NCBI GenBank assembly: GCA_046329495.1
Contig: JAXLUO010000002.1
Coordinates: forward strand, 268,997 to 332,996
Length of the DNA stretch: 64,000 nt
Direction: 5' to 3'
Source of the DNA: Chitinophagales bacterium
GTDB lineage: Bacteria > Bacteroidota > Bacteroidia > Chitinophagales > LD1
Both the position numbers and the translations under genes were made by a program. Positions 48,511 through 63,700 of this stretch are shown piece by piece; the stretch's first letter is position 1, and every line of letters starts with the position of its first letter. A model generated the notes under the pieces. The model saw only the letters and a program-made list of their open reading frames with translations, was not told the DNA's origin and did not search any database.

Positions 48511-51500
48511 TTACCGCATTAAGGTAATAGTTCCTTCTATGTCGCGTGTAGTATTATCGAAGTAGGTAATCTTCAGCTTGTACACATAGGTATCTTCCGG
48601 AGCCGGTTTGCCATTGTAAGTACCATCCCATCCATCGCTGTTACCAAGTCCATTGGTTTGATTATCATCGTGATAGAAGCGTTGGCCCCAACGGTTGAAG
48701 ATGTCAATCTCCAGGTTATCGGCACCCAAAATATCAAACTGGAAGCGGTCGTTTAAGCCATCGCCGTTAGGTGTAAAGGCAGTGCTTATAAAGTAGCTTA
48801 AGCTTGAGCTTACAAATACCGAAATGGTATCAGAAGCATAACAGGAATCCGAGTTCATAACTGTTACGGTAAACAGGGTAGTGGTAGCCGGGTGAACCAA
48901 CGGGTTGTTACAGTTCAGCGGATCGCCACAAGCGCTGAAATCGAACAGCGAATCCGGAGTCCAGAAGTAGTTCAATATCGGCGAAGTACTGTTAGCAGTG
49001 GCCACCAGTTGGGTGTTCATGCCGGTTGCAATTACCTGTTGTGTTACGCCCAGGTCAACCGAAATTTGGCTGGCTTGCGGAATATTGAAGGTAGCTGTGC
49101 CTTCGCAACCGTTTACATCAGTTACCAGGATGATATAATCGCCAGGCAACAAGTTGGCAAAGGTATCGCTGGCTTGTGCAAAGCCATTCAACTCGTAAAC
49201 AAACGGCATTTGACCACCTGTTACATCAGCCACCACATAGCCTGATGCTGTGTTAAAGCACTTAGCAGCATGCGAATCGGTAGTAACTACAATTGAATCG
49301 GGTTGTGTAAGTGTTTGCGATACACTGGCTGTGCAACCTTTGCTATCGGTAACAGTTACGGTGTATGTGCCTGCAGTTAATGCCTGTGCAGAAGCGGCTG
49401 TTTGAACCGGAGTTGTATTCCAGCTATAGGTATAAGGACCTACGCCCTGCAATGCAATTACCGATACCGAACCGTTGGTGCCACCATGGCAACCAGGGTT
49501 AGTAAAGATGGTGCTAAGCGCCATCGGCAGTGGTTCGGTAATAGTATACGAAGCAGTAGCTGTGCATCCTGAAGCATCGGTTACAGTTACTGTGTAGCTA
49601 CCAGCTACCAGCGCTGTTACATCCTCGGTGGTAGCACCGTTGCTCCATGCGAAAGTAAAGGTACCTGTGCCGCCGGTAACGGTAATGTCGATAGCGCCTG
49701 TACCGGCTCCATTACACAACACATCGGTAGTAACACCGGTTATACCAATGGCGGTTGGAGAAGTAAGTGTAATGCTATCTAATGCAAAGCAGCCGTTACT
49801 ATCGGTTAGCATAATTGCATAATAACCGGCAGATAAGCCCGTGCGGATAGGACCGGTTGTAAAGTCCTCCCACAGGAATTGGTAAGGTGTAGTACCGCCG
49901 CTGTAAACCGCAAAGGCAGTTCCGTTGTTGCCGCCGTTGCAGCTAACATTGGTACCAAACAATTCCAGCTTCAGGGTATCCGGTTCGCTTACTACGTATA
50001 AAGAAGCTACCTGACACAGATTAGCATCGGTAACGGTTACATAGTAATTGCCGCCCGACAGGTTGCCGATGTCCTCGGTGCTCTGCAGGGTATTCCACTG
50101 GAAGGTGTACGGTAAGGTGCCACCGTAACCGGTTATATCAAGGAAACCATCCTTAAAGCCGGCGCAGCTTACGTTTTTAATAAAGCCGGATGTTACAAGC
50201 GGATCAGGTTGTGTAATTACAACACTGTCCGTTTTAGTACAACCTCTGCTATCGGTAATTGTAATAAAGTAAGTATCAGCTATCAGGCCGTTTACATCCT
50301 CGGTAGTTGCACCGTTGCTCCATGCAAAGTTGAACGGAGGTGTGCCGCCAGTTGGGATCATATCAATTGAACCATTCGCATCGCCATAGCAAAGCGGACG
50401 GTGACTGATGAAGTTGGCCGCAATAGGTGAAGGATTAACCACGGTATTAGAGCTTACTGCGGTGCAACCGTTAAAGTCGGTTACAGTTACCACATAAGTG
50501 CCACCGGCTAAGCCTGAAAGATCTTGTGTAGTTTGGCCGCTGCTCCATGCATAGCTATAGTTGCTGGTGCCACCTTGTACAGTAAGGTCAATAGTTCCAT
50601 CGTTAGCGTTGTTACAAGAAACATTCACCACAACCGTTGAAAGGATTAGCGGAGAAGGCTCAAGTATGATAACCGAATCGCGGTGTGTGCAACCACTGGC
50701 ATCTGTAATTAATACATAGTAGATGCCGCCGTCCAGGTTGTTTACATCCTCACTGCCCTGGAAGTTGCTCCACAAGAAAGTATAAGGCGGTGTGCCGCCA
50801 CTTACGGTTAAGTCGGCAGTGCCGTTGTTAGCACCCTGGCAAAGCACGTTGGTTCCTACAATTGTTGAAGCAATAGCAGGTGGTTCGTTTACTATATAAC
50901 TACCGCTAACCGAACAAGCATTGTTATCGGTAATTGTTACGTCGTAAGTGCCTGCTAACAGGTTCACCAGGTCTTCGGTAGTAGCACCGTTGTTCCAGTT
51001 GAACGCATAAGGTAATGAACCGCCTGAAACAGTTAAGTTGATAGCACCATTGTTATCGCCCGCACAGGTAACATCCTGTATTGCCGCAACTACTGCTAAA
51101 GCATTTGGCTGTGTTACAATAGCCGAAGCGGTGGCCGTGCAGCCGTTGCCGTCGGTAACAGTAACTGTGTAAACGCCCTGAGCTAAACCGCTAAGATCTT
51201 CGGTAGTAGCACCGTTGCTCCAGGCAAAGCTGTAGTTCAGTGTGCCGCCGCTTACGGTTAAATCAACAGCGCCGGTATTGTTACCGTTGCAGCTAATGTT
51301 GGTTACTACTGTAGAAAGTACCAGTGGGGTAGGTTCGTTAATTACAGCCGAATCGCGGTGTGTGCAACCGTTGGCATCGGTAATAATAACATAGTAGGTT
51401 CCGCCGGCAATACCGGTTAGGTCTTCGCTAACTTTAAAGTTGCTCCAGCTAAAGGTGTAAGGGGCTGTGCCACCGTTTACGGTTAAATCAGCTGCCCCAT

Positions 51501-54500
51501 TATTAGCACCTGCGCAGGTAACATCGGTGGTTACAATGCTTGAGGTTATTGCAGCAGGTTCGGTGATGGTATAGCTTTGTGATATAGTGCAACCATTGGC
51601 ATCGGTAGCAGTTACCGTGTAGGTACCTGCAGCAATGCTGTATTGGTCTTCCTGGGTATTACCACCACCCCAATCGTAGCTGTATGGGAATACGCCACCA
51701 CTAACTGTGATATTGATAAAGCCATTAGAGCCACCGTTGCAACTAACATTTACCGTTTGTGCAACCATGCTTAAAGCAGAAGGCTGCGTGATGGTACCCG
51801 AAGCAGTTGCTGTGCAACCGTTGGCATCGGTAACAGTAACCGTATAGGTTCCGGCACCGGCAGTAATGTCTTCGGTGGTAGCGCCATTGCTCCATGCAAA
51901 GCTGTAGTTAGGTGTAGCACCTGCAACAGTTATATCGATTGAACCATTGCCGCCGTTGCAAAGCACATTGGTAACCGCTACAGAAAGTTGCAAGGCAGTA
52001 GGCTGTGTAATAGTTACTGAAGCATTAGCTGTGCAGCCATGTGCATCGGTAATCATAACACCGTATGTTCCGGCAGATACGCCTGTCAGGTCTTCGGTTA
52101 ATGAACCGTTGTTCCAGAAGTAAGTGTATGGAGTAGAACTGCCGGTTGCAGTTAAGTCAACATCAGCCGTGCCACCGTAGCAAGAGATGGTAGTTGCAGA
52201 AGCTGAAGTCATTGGTAGCAGCAGGTTCGGTAATAGTTTGTGTAAGTGCGTAGCAGCAGGCATTTGCATCGGTAATAGTTACCGTGTAAGTGCCCGACCA
52301 ACATTCACCAGATTCTTCAGTAAGTGCTTTACCGTTGCTCCAAAGGTGTATGGAGTTACACCACCTGTAACAGAGATATTGATATTGCCATTGTTAGCAC
52401 CAAAGCAGCTAACATCGTTGTAAGAAGCAATTACAGCGCTTATGGCAGCAGGTTGTGTAACAGTAGCCGAAGCTGTAGCTGTGCAGCCATTACCATCGGT
52501 AACAGTAACAGTGTAGGTGCCGGGGCCCACCGCAGAAAGATCTTCCGTGCTGGCACCGTTGCTCCATGCAAAGCTTAAACCAACGTGCCGCCGCTAACGG
52601 TTAAGTCAACCGCGCCGGTGCCACCGTTACATAAAATGTTGGTAGCCGAAACAGACAACTGTAATGCAGTAGGTTCTGTAATAACAATGCTATCGGTTTT
52701 CTTACAACCATTTGCATCGGTAATAATTACAAAGTAAGTGCCGCCGCTGATGTTGTTCAGGTCTTCGGTAGTATTAAAGGTATTCCACAAGAAGGTATAG
52801 CGTGCAGTGCCGCCGCTTACCGTTTCATCAATAGAACCATTGCTGGCACCAAAACAGCTAACATTAGTTGCTAATAAGAAGAAACCAAAGCCGCTGGCTG
52901 GGTTACGTTGTAGAAGGCAGTAGCTGTGCAGAAATTAGCATCAGTAACCTCTACGCTGTATGCACCGGCAGATACGTTGTTTAAATCCCGTGTAGTAGCA
53001 CCATTGCTCCAGCTATAGGTATAAGGAGCAGTGCCACCGCTTACTGTAATATCGATAGTAGTAGTGCCACCATTACAGCTGATGGTTGTAGGTGCTCCGG
53101 TAATTACAATTGCAGGTTGTGTAATGGTATAAGAAGCAGTTGCTGTACAACCGTTGTTATCTATTACTGTAACGGTATAAGTTCCTGCAGCCAGGTTAGT
53201 CAGGCTCGGTAGTAGCCGAAGTATTCCATTGGTAGGAATAAGTGCCTGCTCCTGTACTGCCGGTTACGGTAATATCAATAGCGCCATTGGTATTGCCATT
53301 GCAGCTTGCATTGTTTACTGCAGCCGTAATTACCAACTGAGCAGGTTGTGAGATAGTAACAGAAGCTATAGCAGAACAACCTTGCTATCGGTAACAATTA
53401 CCGAGAAGCTGCTTACCGTTAAATCAAGGATATCTTCCGTAAACTCAAATTTACCCAGAAGTAGGTAAGGGTGTTACCACCTGCTACAGTTAAGTTAGCC
53501 GCGCCGTTGTTACCGCCAAAGCAGCTAACATCGGTTCCACTGATGGAAGCAGTGAGTGCTGCTTACCGCTAACGGTTGCGCTGGCAGATGCCGTGCAACC
53601 ATTACCGTCGGTAACAGTAATGGTGTAGGTATTCGGAGCTAGACCGTTGATGTCTTCAGTAGTAGCACCGTTACTCCATAAGTAGGTGTAGCCAAATTTT
53701 ACCGCCCGAAACAGTAGCATTAACAGTGCCGTTAGCAGCGCCGTTACAAGTTACATCGGTAGCAACAGCCGAAACGGTTACGGTGCTGGCAGGTTGAGAT
53801 ATATAGCTTGTTGCATAAAGTAACCGTTACCATCGGTTACGGTTACATCGTATGTGCCAACTGTTAATCCGCTCAGGTCTTCGGTAGTAGCACCATTGCT
53901 CCATGCAAAGGCTAAGTTTACCTGTGCCACCGGTAGACGTTAAATCAACCCCACCGTTGTTGCCGCCAAAGCAACTAACGTTGGTTGCAGTGCCTGTAAC
54001 TACAACAGCAGCAGGCTGTAATTACAACCGATGCAGTAGCTGTGCAGCTCTTGGTACCGGTAACAACTACGGTATAAGTGCCCGGACCAACATTGCTTAA
54101 GTTTTGTGTGGTAGCGCCGTTGTTCCAGAAATAAGCATAGTTAGTAGTGCCGCCTGCTACGGTTAAGGTAACGCTGGTAGTAAGCCATGACATAATAGTG
54201 CCTGCAGCAGCGCTTGCCGTTAATGTATCAGGTGATGGTGATAGTAGCATTGGTAGTAGCTTTCAGGCAACCATTTCTGCATCGGTAGCCGTTAAGGTGT
54301 AAACACCCTGCAGGAATATTTACAAGGTCTTCAATTACTGCGCCGTTGCTCCATGCATAGCTGTAGTTGGTAACACCGCCTCGTTATGGTTACATTAATA
54401 AAGCCATTGCTGCCACCATAACAATTTACATTGCCGGTAGAAGCTACTGAAGCTACTAATAAAGTAGGTTGTGTTACGGTGAACGAAGCACTTGTTGAAC

Positions 54501-57500
54501 AACCGTTGCCACGGTTACGGTAACGCTGTAGCTACCTGCACCAAGGCCGGTTAAATCTTCGGTAGTAGCGCCGTTGCTCCATGCATATGTAATGGTGCCG
54601 GCACCACCGCCAACAGTAATATCATTGCACCATTGGTTGCGCCGTTGCAGCTTGCATTGGTAGTTATAACTGCCTGGAACCGATGGCAGCAGGTTGGGTA
54701 ATAGTAGTTGAAGCAGTAGCAGTGCACCCTTTTGCATCCGTTACGGCTACTGTGTATGTGCCTGCACCAACAGCGGCCAAATCTTCGGTAGTAGCGCCAT
54801 TGTTCCAGAAGTAGGAGTAAGCAGTTGTTCCACCACTTACAGTTAAGTCAACTGAAGTAGTGCCACCGTTACAGGCAATGGTTCCTATAGTAATGCTTGC
54901 TGTTAATACAGCAGGCTCAGAAATAGTAGCACCGGTAGTAGCCGTGCAGCCATGTGCATCGGTTACTGTTAAGGTATAAGTGCCTGCAGGAATGTTTACC
55001 AGGTTTTGAATGCTTGCGCCATTGCTCCAGCTATAGGTATAGTTGGTAACACCGCCCGCTACAGTAACATTGATAAAGCCGTTGCTGCCGCCGTTACAAT
55101 TTACATTGCCGGTAGAAGCAACTGAAGCTACGAGTAAGGCAGGTTGCGTAATAGTGAATGAAGCACTTGCTGAACAAGCATTAGCATCGGTTACAGTAAC
55201 GCTGTAAGCACCTGCTACCAGGGTAGCAAGATCTTCGGTAGTTGCACCGTTGTTCCAGGCAAAAGTTAGTGTGCCGGTGCCGCCGGTTGCTGTTAAATCA
55301 ATGGCGCCATCGTTACCGCCAAAGCAGCTAACATTCGTTGTGGTGCCGCTTAAGGTAATTGCTGTTGGCTGTGTAATGGTTATCGAGGCAGTTGCCGTGC
55401 ACCCTTTTGCATCTGTTACAGCCACGGTATATAAACCGACCAACCGCAGTTAAGTCTTCAGTAGTAGCAATCGTTGTTCCAGAAATAAGTATAAGCCGTT
55501 GTGCCGCCGTTTACCGTTAAGTCGGCATTAGTAGTGCCGCCATTACAAGTAATAAGTACCGGCAATAATGCCTGCAGTTAAGGTATCGGGCTGGGGTAAG
55601 CGCTGCTGCTGTAGTAGCCGCAACCGTGCATCAAGCTACAGTTAGCGTATAAGCACCGGCAGGTATATTAACCAGATCCTTAATAAGCGGCACCGTTGCT
55701 CCATGGCTAACTATAGTTAGTTACACCGCCTGTTACGGTTACATTACTGAAGCTGTTGCTACCACCGTAGCAATTGATATTGCCCGGAAGAAGCAACTGT
55801 AGCAGTTAACAAAGTAGGTTGTGTTACAGTAAATGAAGTGCTTGCTGAACAGCTATTAGCATCGGTTACCGTTACACTATAAGCACCGGCCACTAATGGC
55901 GAAAGATCTTCGGTGGCGGCAGCGTTGCTCCATGCAAAAGTAAGCGCATCTGTGCCGCCGGTAGCAGTAAGATCAATAGCACCATCGTTACCGCCAAAGC
56001 AGTTTACGTTAGTAACAATACCGCTTAATGCAATGCCTGTAGGTTGGGTAATTACAACGCTGGCAGTAGCGGCACAGCTATGCGCATCGGTAACCACTAC
56101 GGTATAAGTGCCGGGGCCAACAGCCGTTAAATCTCTTCGGTTGTTGCGCCGTTGTTCCAAACCACGAATAAGCCAAAGGTAATTTCACCGCTAACGGTTA
56201 AGTCAACGTTAGTGGTGCCGCCATTACAGCTAATTGTTCCAGCGGTTGCCGAAGCAGTTAACAGGGCAGGTTGGCTTATAGTTTTGCCTATAGTTGCGGT
56301 GCAACCATTAGCATCATTACGGTAAGCGTATAAGTGCCTGCAGCCAATCCGGTTATATCTTCAGTAACGGCACCGTTGCTCCAAGCATAGGCGTAAACCG
56401 GCACACCACCTAAGGTGCTTACGCGTTTATAAAGCCGTTTACCGCCGTTACAAGCTACATCGCCAAATGATGATACAGCTAAAGTTAAAGCAGCAGGTTG
56501 TGTTATAGTATAAGTAGCAGAAGCAGAACAACCGTTGGCATCCGTAGCGGTTACGCTATAGGTGCTTACAGTTAAGCCGCTAACATCTTCCGTAGTAGCT
56601 CCGTTGCTCCATGCAAAGTAATAGTGCCAGTGCCCCCCGCAGCAGTTAACCAATGCTGCCGGTTGTAGCGCCGTTGCAGGCACATTGCTTTACCACACCG
56701 CTTACAGTTACCCGTGCAGGTTGTGTAATAGTTATTGCATTAGTAGCGGTGCAACCATGTGCATCGGTAATAATAACCGTGTAGTTGCCTGCTGCAACAC
56801 CGGTAATATCTTCGGTAGTAGCACCGGTATTCCAGTAGAAGGTATAGGGCGTTGTGCCACCGGTTGGCGAAAGATCAACACTGCCTGTAGCATTGCTGAA
56901 GCAGGTTAAATTGTTGCCGCTGATAAGAGTACTGGTAAGTTGTGTTGAAGGTTCGGTTAAGGTTTTGTTGATACAATGCTGCACAAATTAGCATCCTGTT
57001 ACGGTTACGCTTATGTGCGCTTACAGCCAAACCGTTAAATCTTCGGTAAATCGCACCGTTGCTCCAGTTATAGCTATAAGGTGGAACACCACCATCAATG
57101 CTGATATTTAACAGAGCTGGCACGGTCAGAAGAAGCAGTTCAGATTGTGGAAGTTGGCTACAGCACCGCCAAAATCAATGGTTGAGTGATGGTAGCACCA
57201 CCTGTAGTAGTACAACCATTGTTATCGGTTACCGTTAGCGGCATGTTCCCGCTCCAAATATTTGCATTATCCTGGGTAGTCGCTAACGCATTGCTCCAGT
57301 TGTAGGTATAGCGTTGCCATTAAACGGTATCACCGATTACATTAATATAGATACCGCCGGTTGAAGAACCATTACAGGTAGCATTCACTACGCTATCAAT
57401 AACAATGGTAAGCTGGGCTTACTGCGAAATGGTTACCGATTTGAAATCGCTGCAACCTTGAGTCGTTACGTCAATTTCATATATACGCCATTTGTTAAAC

Positions 57501-60500
57501 CTGTAAACGTATTGGCCGCAGCATACGTGCCGCTCGTTCAACGAGTATAAGTAAGGAGGAATACTGCCGTCAAGGTCAACAGTTATCGAACCATCGGCAC
57601 CGCCAAAGCAGCTAACGTTGGTTTGGCCTGTTACCGAACCGGTAACTGCATATGAAATTGCAATAACTGCCGTTGACGAATCGGCACAAGCCGTGTGCAT
57701 CGTATACATACACGGTGTAGGTGCCTGAAGCTAAACCGGTAAACTGGTTACCTGCCCGTGTAGTCCCACCGTTTAATGAATACCGATATGAGATGCCACT
57801 TGCGTTTACGGTAATTTTACCATCAAACACGTTAGAGCAGCTTGACGGTATCAGTAGTATACTACGTCGGTTGGTTCAGTAAGTGTTTTGCTGATAGTTG
57901 CTGCACAGGTATGTGCATCGGTAACTGTTACTGCATAAGTTCTTGCAGGCGGGTAAGATTCGAAATATCTTCTTGTTGTTTCTCCATCACTCCACAAATA
58001 AGTGTATAAGGTGCCACGCTACCTGAAACACTCAGGTCAATCCAACCGGTAGAATCGTGATAGCAATTCAGGTTATGGAAAGCTGCAATAGAAGGAACCA
58101 GCAAGGTAGGTTGCGTAACTACACTGCTACCCGTAGCTGCATAACCTTTGTTATCGGTTACGGTTACTGTATAGGTGCCTATAGGCAGGTTAATGTTATC
58201 TTCAGATGTAGCACCATTGCTCCATGCAAAAGTATATGGAGTAGTGCCGCCGCCTGCTGTAACAAATACGCCACCGGTTGAAGAACCGGAAACAAGCAGC
58301 GTTCCAGTACTGTCAACTGCCAGTGTTAACAAGGTTGGTTGAGTAATTACAGTGCTCTTAGTATCGATACAACCGTGCGAATCGCGCACATGACGTTAAA
58401 GCATCTATATGCTTAAACCGCTATAAGTTGTTGTGCCGGTAAAAGCACTGCCGTTTACTGAATAAACATATGGAGGAATACCCGCCGCTTAGCGCCACAG
58501 TAATGCCGCCATCGGCACCGCCAAAACACGATACATTGGTTTGTGATGTAATGCTACCGGTTACAGCATAGCTATTAACCAGGGTAACAGGTTGAAAGGC
58601 TAACACAGTTTTTAGTATCGAATACACGGATAGTATAGGTGCCTGCGGCCAGGTTGGTGAATTGATTACCTGATTGGGTTGGTCCACCGTTAATAGAATA
58701 CAGGTAACCTGGGTGTGCCTCCCGAAGCATTTACCGAGGCATCATCCGATACGTTACCACAACTTGCATCGGTTTTAGCAGTTGTATGCGTAAGTGCAGT
58801 GGGGTTGTGTAATGGTAGTTACTGCACCGGCTGCCAGCGAACAGTTATTAAAGTTGTCCTTAACTTTGATGTTGTAGTTGCCTGCAGTTAAACTCCGTGA
58901 ACACGTTCGACGACTGATAGGTGGCACCGTTGTTAATAGAATATTGCAAAGGTGAAACACCGCCCGAAGCCGTAATAGTAATGCTACTCATCGTTGCCGC
59001 CATTACAACTTACGTTAGTAACCGAAATTGTATTAATACTGATAGCAGGCTGAACCAGTTCCAGCTCCTCCTGTAAAACCACTTGTGCGGCTACAACCGT
59101 TACCATCGCTGATAGACACAAAACTGTATGTGGTATTAGTTGCGGGGGAAAGGGTTAAACTGGCACCGTTTGAAATACCTGTTAAGGTTGTATTGGTTAC
59201 ACCATCGGAATAAACTACATTGAATGGAGCTACACCCGGTGAGAAGTTGCTGCAATATTAGCAGATGTGCCCGGACATATAGACGGCTGGCAGGCGAAAA
59301 GCTACCATTGCGCTGATTTGCCGTTTACGGTAATGGTGTTTGAATAAGCATAATTACCGCAACGGTCGCTCGCTTTTCTGCGGAACACATATACACCACC
59401 AATTGGCACCGGTGAGGTTACGTTCCATGTTGGCGTGCTTACACCTGAAGAAGTAAACGCAGCACCACCATCGGTAGAAAACTCCCACCGTAGGTTATAC
59501 TACCACCGTTGGTAAGGCCTGAAGGCGCCGCCACTACCCAAGGTTACGTTAGTGAACTGACCAACCGGTTGGCCTTCGCAAATACTTGCACCGTTTGTTA
59601 CACCACCAATTGTTCCTCCATTTACCGAGGAGAACGCCACTGTATTGAAGCTATACACATTATCGCCGCCGCAAACGCCGGCCAAACGAACTTCCACATT
59701 ATCGCCTACCTAATACATAATTGCCAAGGCTAACTGCTGAGTTTACGCAACAAGGTGCCGCATAAATCTGCGTGCCATTTTACATACACCCGCACATCAT
59801 CATCCGCATTATTCAATACCAAATTGTAATAACCACAAGGGAAATTGGTGATGGCAAAGTACGGATCACAAACATATCGTTTGGCATGGTGCAACCCGTC
59901 CACGAAGCGGTTGCCCGGGATTGGTAGTATTGGTCCATGCAGTGGTTGTATTAAAGTTATGGGCGTTATCGGTGTAATATCCCCAACGCGCATTAGTGTT
60001 TCGTATCGAAACATCGCTGGTTGCAAAGCTTCCACATTCCAACGGCGTTTTCCTGTTCCGGGATCGGCAACTGGAGAACAAACCTGCATTGCAGTAGCCG
60101 AACCCATGCCCGATACATAATCGAAACAGGGCATCACACCGTTAATTGCTGGTATTAACGCGGATGGTGCCGGAGAAAGTAGCTACCCAATCAGCCGGAT
60201 TGAGGGTTGTTGGTTTGGGCAAACACCACCAGTCCAGGGATCGCGCAGCGGGTTATGCCGTTATTGTAAGGCAGCGCTGTAGAGGTATTAGACAGCGTCA
60301 TGTCCCAGAAATAGCCAGCGTTACCGGTAAAAGTGTACAGCGAAAAGAATATATATTTCCGCTGGTTACGTTAAACGTGGCGTAAGTTCCGGAGCCAACT
60401 GAAACGTTTTGCCAGGCGCTGGTTGGGCTCAATGCTCCCGCCGGGGTAGCAAATGATGCCAAACCACTGTGCATTTGTTGCCTGCGGCAATAAAACGGCA

Positions 60501-60549
60501 AACAACACTAACAATCCCAGTAGCTTAGTGCTTAAGCAAAATTTCTCAT
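48511..60549 (-). pseudogene. second tandem giant SprB-repeat / type B C-terminal domain gene; 3-prime 3.7 kb intact, 5-prime 8.3 kb broken by many frameshifts (pseudogene or error-laden sequence)
   Basis: 48511-52269 is one clean 1252-aa ORF ending FTPNGDGLNDRFQFDI...TITLMR. It has no signal peptide and begins mid-repeat. Minus-strand ORF fragments from 52279 to 60501 all read as SprB/Ig-like repeats in shifting frames. ATG at 60549 gives MRNFA-stop, and a signal peptide (KLLGLLVLFAVLLPQATNAQ) continues in another frame. Confidence 0.7.
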
Positions 60550-60711
60550 GAGCAGAGCGTTGATTTATTCGGTGCTTTAGTCCCTTTTATCCCTTTAAAA
60601 TCAGGTATTTAAGAGGTGGGAAAAATAGGATGTTTAGAGGCAATTTCAAAGCAAATGCTCAAAAGATAAGAAACTGAACCAAATGATGAAAAGTCCTCCC
60701 CACCTACCTAT

Positions 60712-60747
60712 AAAAAACAAAAAACCCCGGTAAAACCGGGGTTTTTC
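60712..60747 (-). terminator. rho-independent terminator after the third tandem giant gene
   Basis: The ccccgg-taaaa-ccgggg core extends into A/T runs. The minus strand reads aaaaaccccggttttaccggggtttttt-gtttttta. Confidence 0.75.
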
Positions 60748-60763
60748 AACGTATTGTTAAGAA

Positions 60764-63700
60764 TTAACGCATCAGCGTTACCGTTCCCGTAATATCCTTC
60801 GTTCTACCATCAAAGTAGGTAATTTTCATCTGTAAACGTATGTATCATTTGGCAGTTGCTTGCCGTCTTTGGTTCCATCCCAACCATTTGCACCGCTAAA
60901 GCCATTGGCCTGGTGTTGGTTGTAGAATAAGCGCGAGCCCCAACGATCCCAAATACTTACTTCAATATCTGTAGCGCCTAAAATGTCGAACTCAAAGCGG
61001 TCGTTCAGTCCGTCGGCGTTTGCAAAGGCACTCTGAATGAAGGCCTTGTGGCTCAACCTCTACTACTACCGTTACTGTATCGCTGGCGGTGCAGGGAATC
61101 GGCATTCATAACCGTTACATAGAAAGTAGTGGTGTAGAATGGATTAACATGCGGATTAAAGCAATTCTCAGGATCGGCACAATTGCTGAAATCATAAAAT
61201 GATCAGCGAATCGATAGGCCCCCAGAAGTAATTGATAACAGGCTTGTCCGACACGGTATTAGCCACCAGTTGGGTAGTCATACCCTGCAGTATAAATAGA
61301 TCGCGGAGCAGCACCCACTTATCACACTCGGCGAAGCGATAGTTACAACGGTATTTCCGGTGCATCCGTTGGCATCGGTAACACCCACTGTATAAGCATT
61401 TGCGCTACGTTGTAGAAAGCATCATCCGAAGCCTACCACACCGTTAACCTCGTATTGGTGGCGTGCTTGCCACGGTGGCATGTGCTACAATGCGGCCGGT
61501 AGAAGTATTCTTACACTTCGAGTCGGAAGCATCCACAGTAACGGTAAGTTTGTAGGTCATTCAGGGTTACTGAAACAGTAGTTGAACAGTTATTTATGTC
61601 AACCACGGTCATTGTATAAATGCCTTCGCTAAGGTTAGTAGCAATTGCACCCGATTGTGGCGGGTTGGCATCTACGTATAGGTATAAGGTATACTACCTC
61701 CTACTACATCCACGGAAATAAATCCATTGCTTGCTCCGAAACATAATGGATTAGCTGTAGAAATAGTAGTGAATAAACCCGGTGCCTGATGGATTTCAAA
61801 CGTTGCTGCGGCCGTGCAGCCATTGTTATCTGTAACCGTTACAGTATAAACCCGGCAGGCAGGTTCGGCAGATCTTCAGTTGCACCATTGCTCCAGCTAA
61901 AGGTATAAGGCGAAGTGCTGCCAGTAACAGTGATATCAATACCACCGGTTGAGGTGTTATTACAAGGAGCATCGGTTACAACACCGGTAATGGCAATTGG
62001 GGCGGGTTCAACTACCTGCTGTATCGTAGGTATGGCAACCGTTTGAATCGGTAACTAATACAACATAACGACTTCCGCCTAAACCTGATTGCGCAGAATC
62101 GGTAACGAAGTTGTTCCACAAGTAATTAAAAGGTGTGGTTCCACCTGCCGGCACAATCCGCTACTGTTCCGTTTGCACTACCGTTGCACGAAAGGTTAAG
62201 AGAAAGAATATTAGTAGTTAAAGGCTGCGCGGTTCAATTACTATACACAATGAAGCTACCTGGCAATTTTGTGCATCGGTTACACTTACAAAGTAATTGC
62301 CGCCATTCAGGTTACAAACATCTTCGGTGCTTGAGCCGTTGCTCCAGGTAAAAGAGTAAGGCAGGTGCCACCGTAGGCGGTTATATCAATACATGCATCA
62401 GCATTGCCGGCGCAGGTAACATGTTTAATGAAACCGGAAGTTGAAAGTGGTTGCGGTTCGATTACAACCACGGTATCGCTGATGGTGCAGCCTTTGCTAT
62501 CGGTGGTGAATACATAGTTGCCGGCAACTATACCACTCAAGTCTTCGCTGGTAGCGCCGCTGTTCAGGCATACGTAGCCAGGTGTGCCACCTGAAATAAT
62601 CAGATCAATACGGCTATCGCTGGTGCACCATTACAGGTAACATCGGTTACAATGGCGCTGCTGTTGCGCGCTGCTGGGTTAACCACCATAGCCGAAGCAG
62701 CGGCTGTACATCCGTTGCCATCGGTAACGGTAACTACATAGGTAGCACCACCTAAACCGCTGATATTCCCGGTGTTGGCACCGTTGCTCCAGGCGCATGT
62801 ATAGCTACCTGCACCGCGGTCATTACTAATCAATAGCACCGTCGTTAGCATTAAAGCAGCTTATGTTGGTTACATTAAGTGTAAGCACTAAAGCGTATAG
62901 CAGGTTCGTTAATCAGAACCGAGTCGCGGGTTTGGCAACCATTATTATCTGTAATAACTACATAATATAAGCCACCGCTTAATCCGCTAATATCTTCAGT
63001 AGCTTCAAAAGTTGACCATTGGAATACATAAGGTTGTGTGCCGCCGGTTACGGTTAAATCGGCGCTGCCGGTAGCGGTTCCGTAGCAAAGCACATTAGTG
63101 CCTACCACCGAGCTGCTCAATACAACAGGCTCAGCCAGTGTTTGGCTGATGGTTGCTGTGCAACCGTTGTTATCTGTAACAGTGGCTGTATATGTGCCCG
63201 ATAATAAGCCTGATAAATCTTCGGTAGTTGCACCGGTGTTCCAGGCATAGCTATAAGGTGGCACACCGCCGTTAGCAGTAATATCAATATTGCCTGAAGT
63301 ATCGCCATAGCAAAGCAGGTTGCTATAACCGGCAACGTTTACAAACAAGGCATAAGGCCCGGTTACATTGGCACCGCCTACAGCCGCATAAACTTTTTGC
63401 TATCGGTAACGGTAACGTTACAGAAGCCCGCAGCAATACCCGTGTAATCATCAGCTGTTGAGCCGGTATTCCACGAATATGTATACGGAGCATAGTTACG
63501 TTAACTGATGTGTAAATAGCACCGGGCTGAAGAGCCGTTACACAACACATTAATAACAGAATCTATTTGAACCAGCACCTGGCTTGGTTGATTAATTACT
63601 ACCTGCGCAAACTCGGTGCATCCTTTTCGAATCGCGACCAGTTATGACATAACTGCCCGCACTCAGGTTATTGAAAGCACTGATGGCTGGAAGGTTACGC

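Noticed and set aside
52279-60501. About 20 separate 60-260-aa minus-strand ORFs that could be annotated as individual SprB-repeat genes.
   Set aside because: They abut or overlap in shifting frames. They lack starts, signal peptides and C-terminal sorting domains, and they are co-linear with the intact paralog. They are fragments of one gene of about 12 kb.
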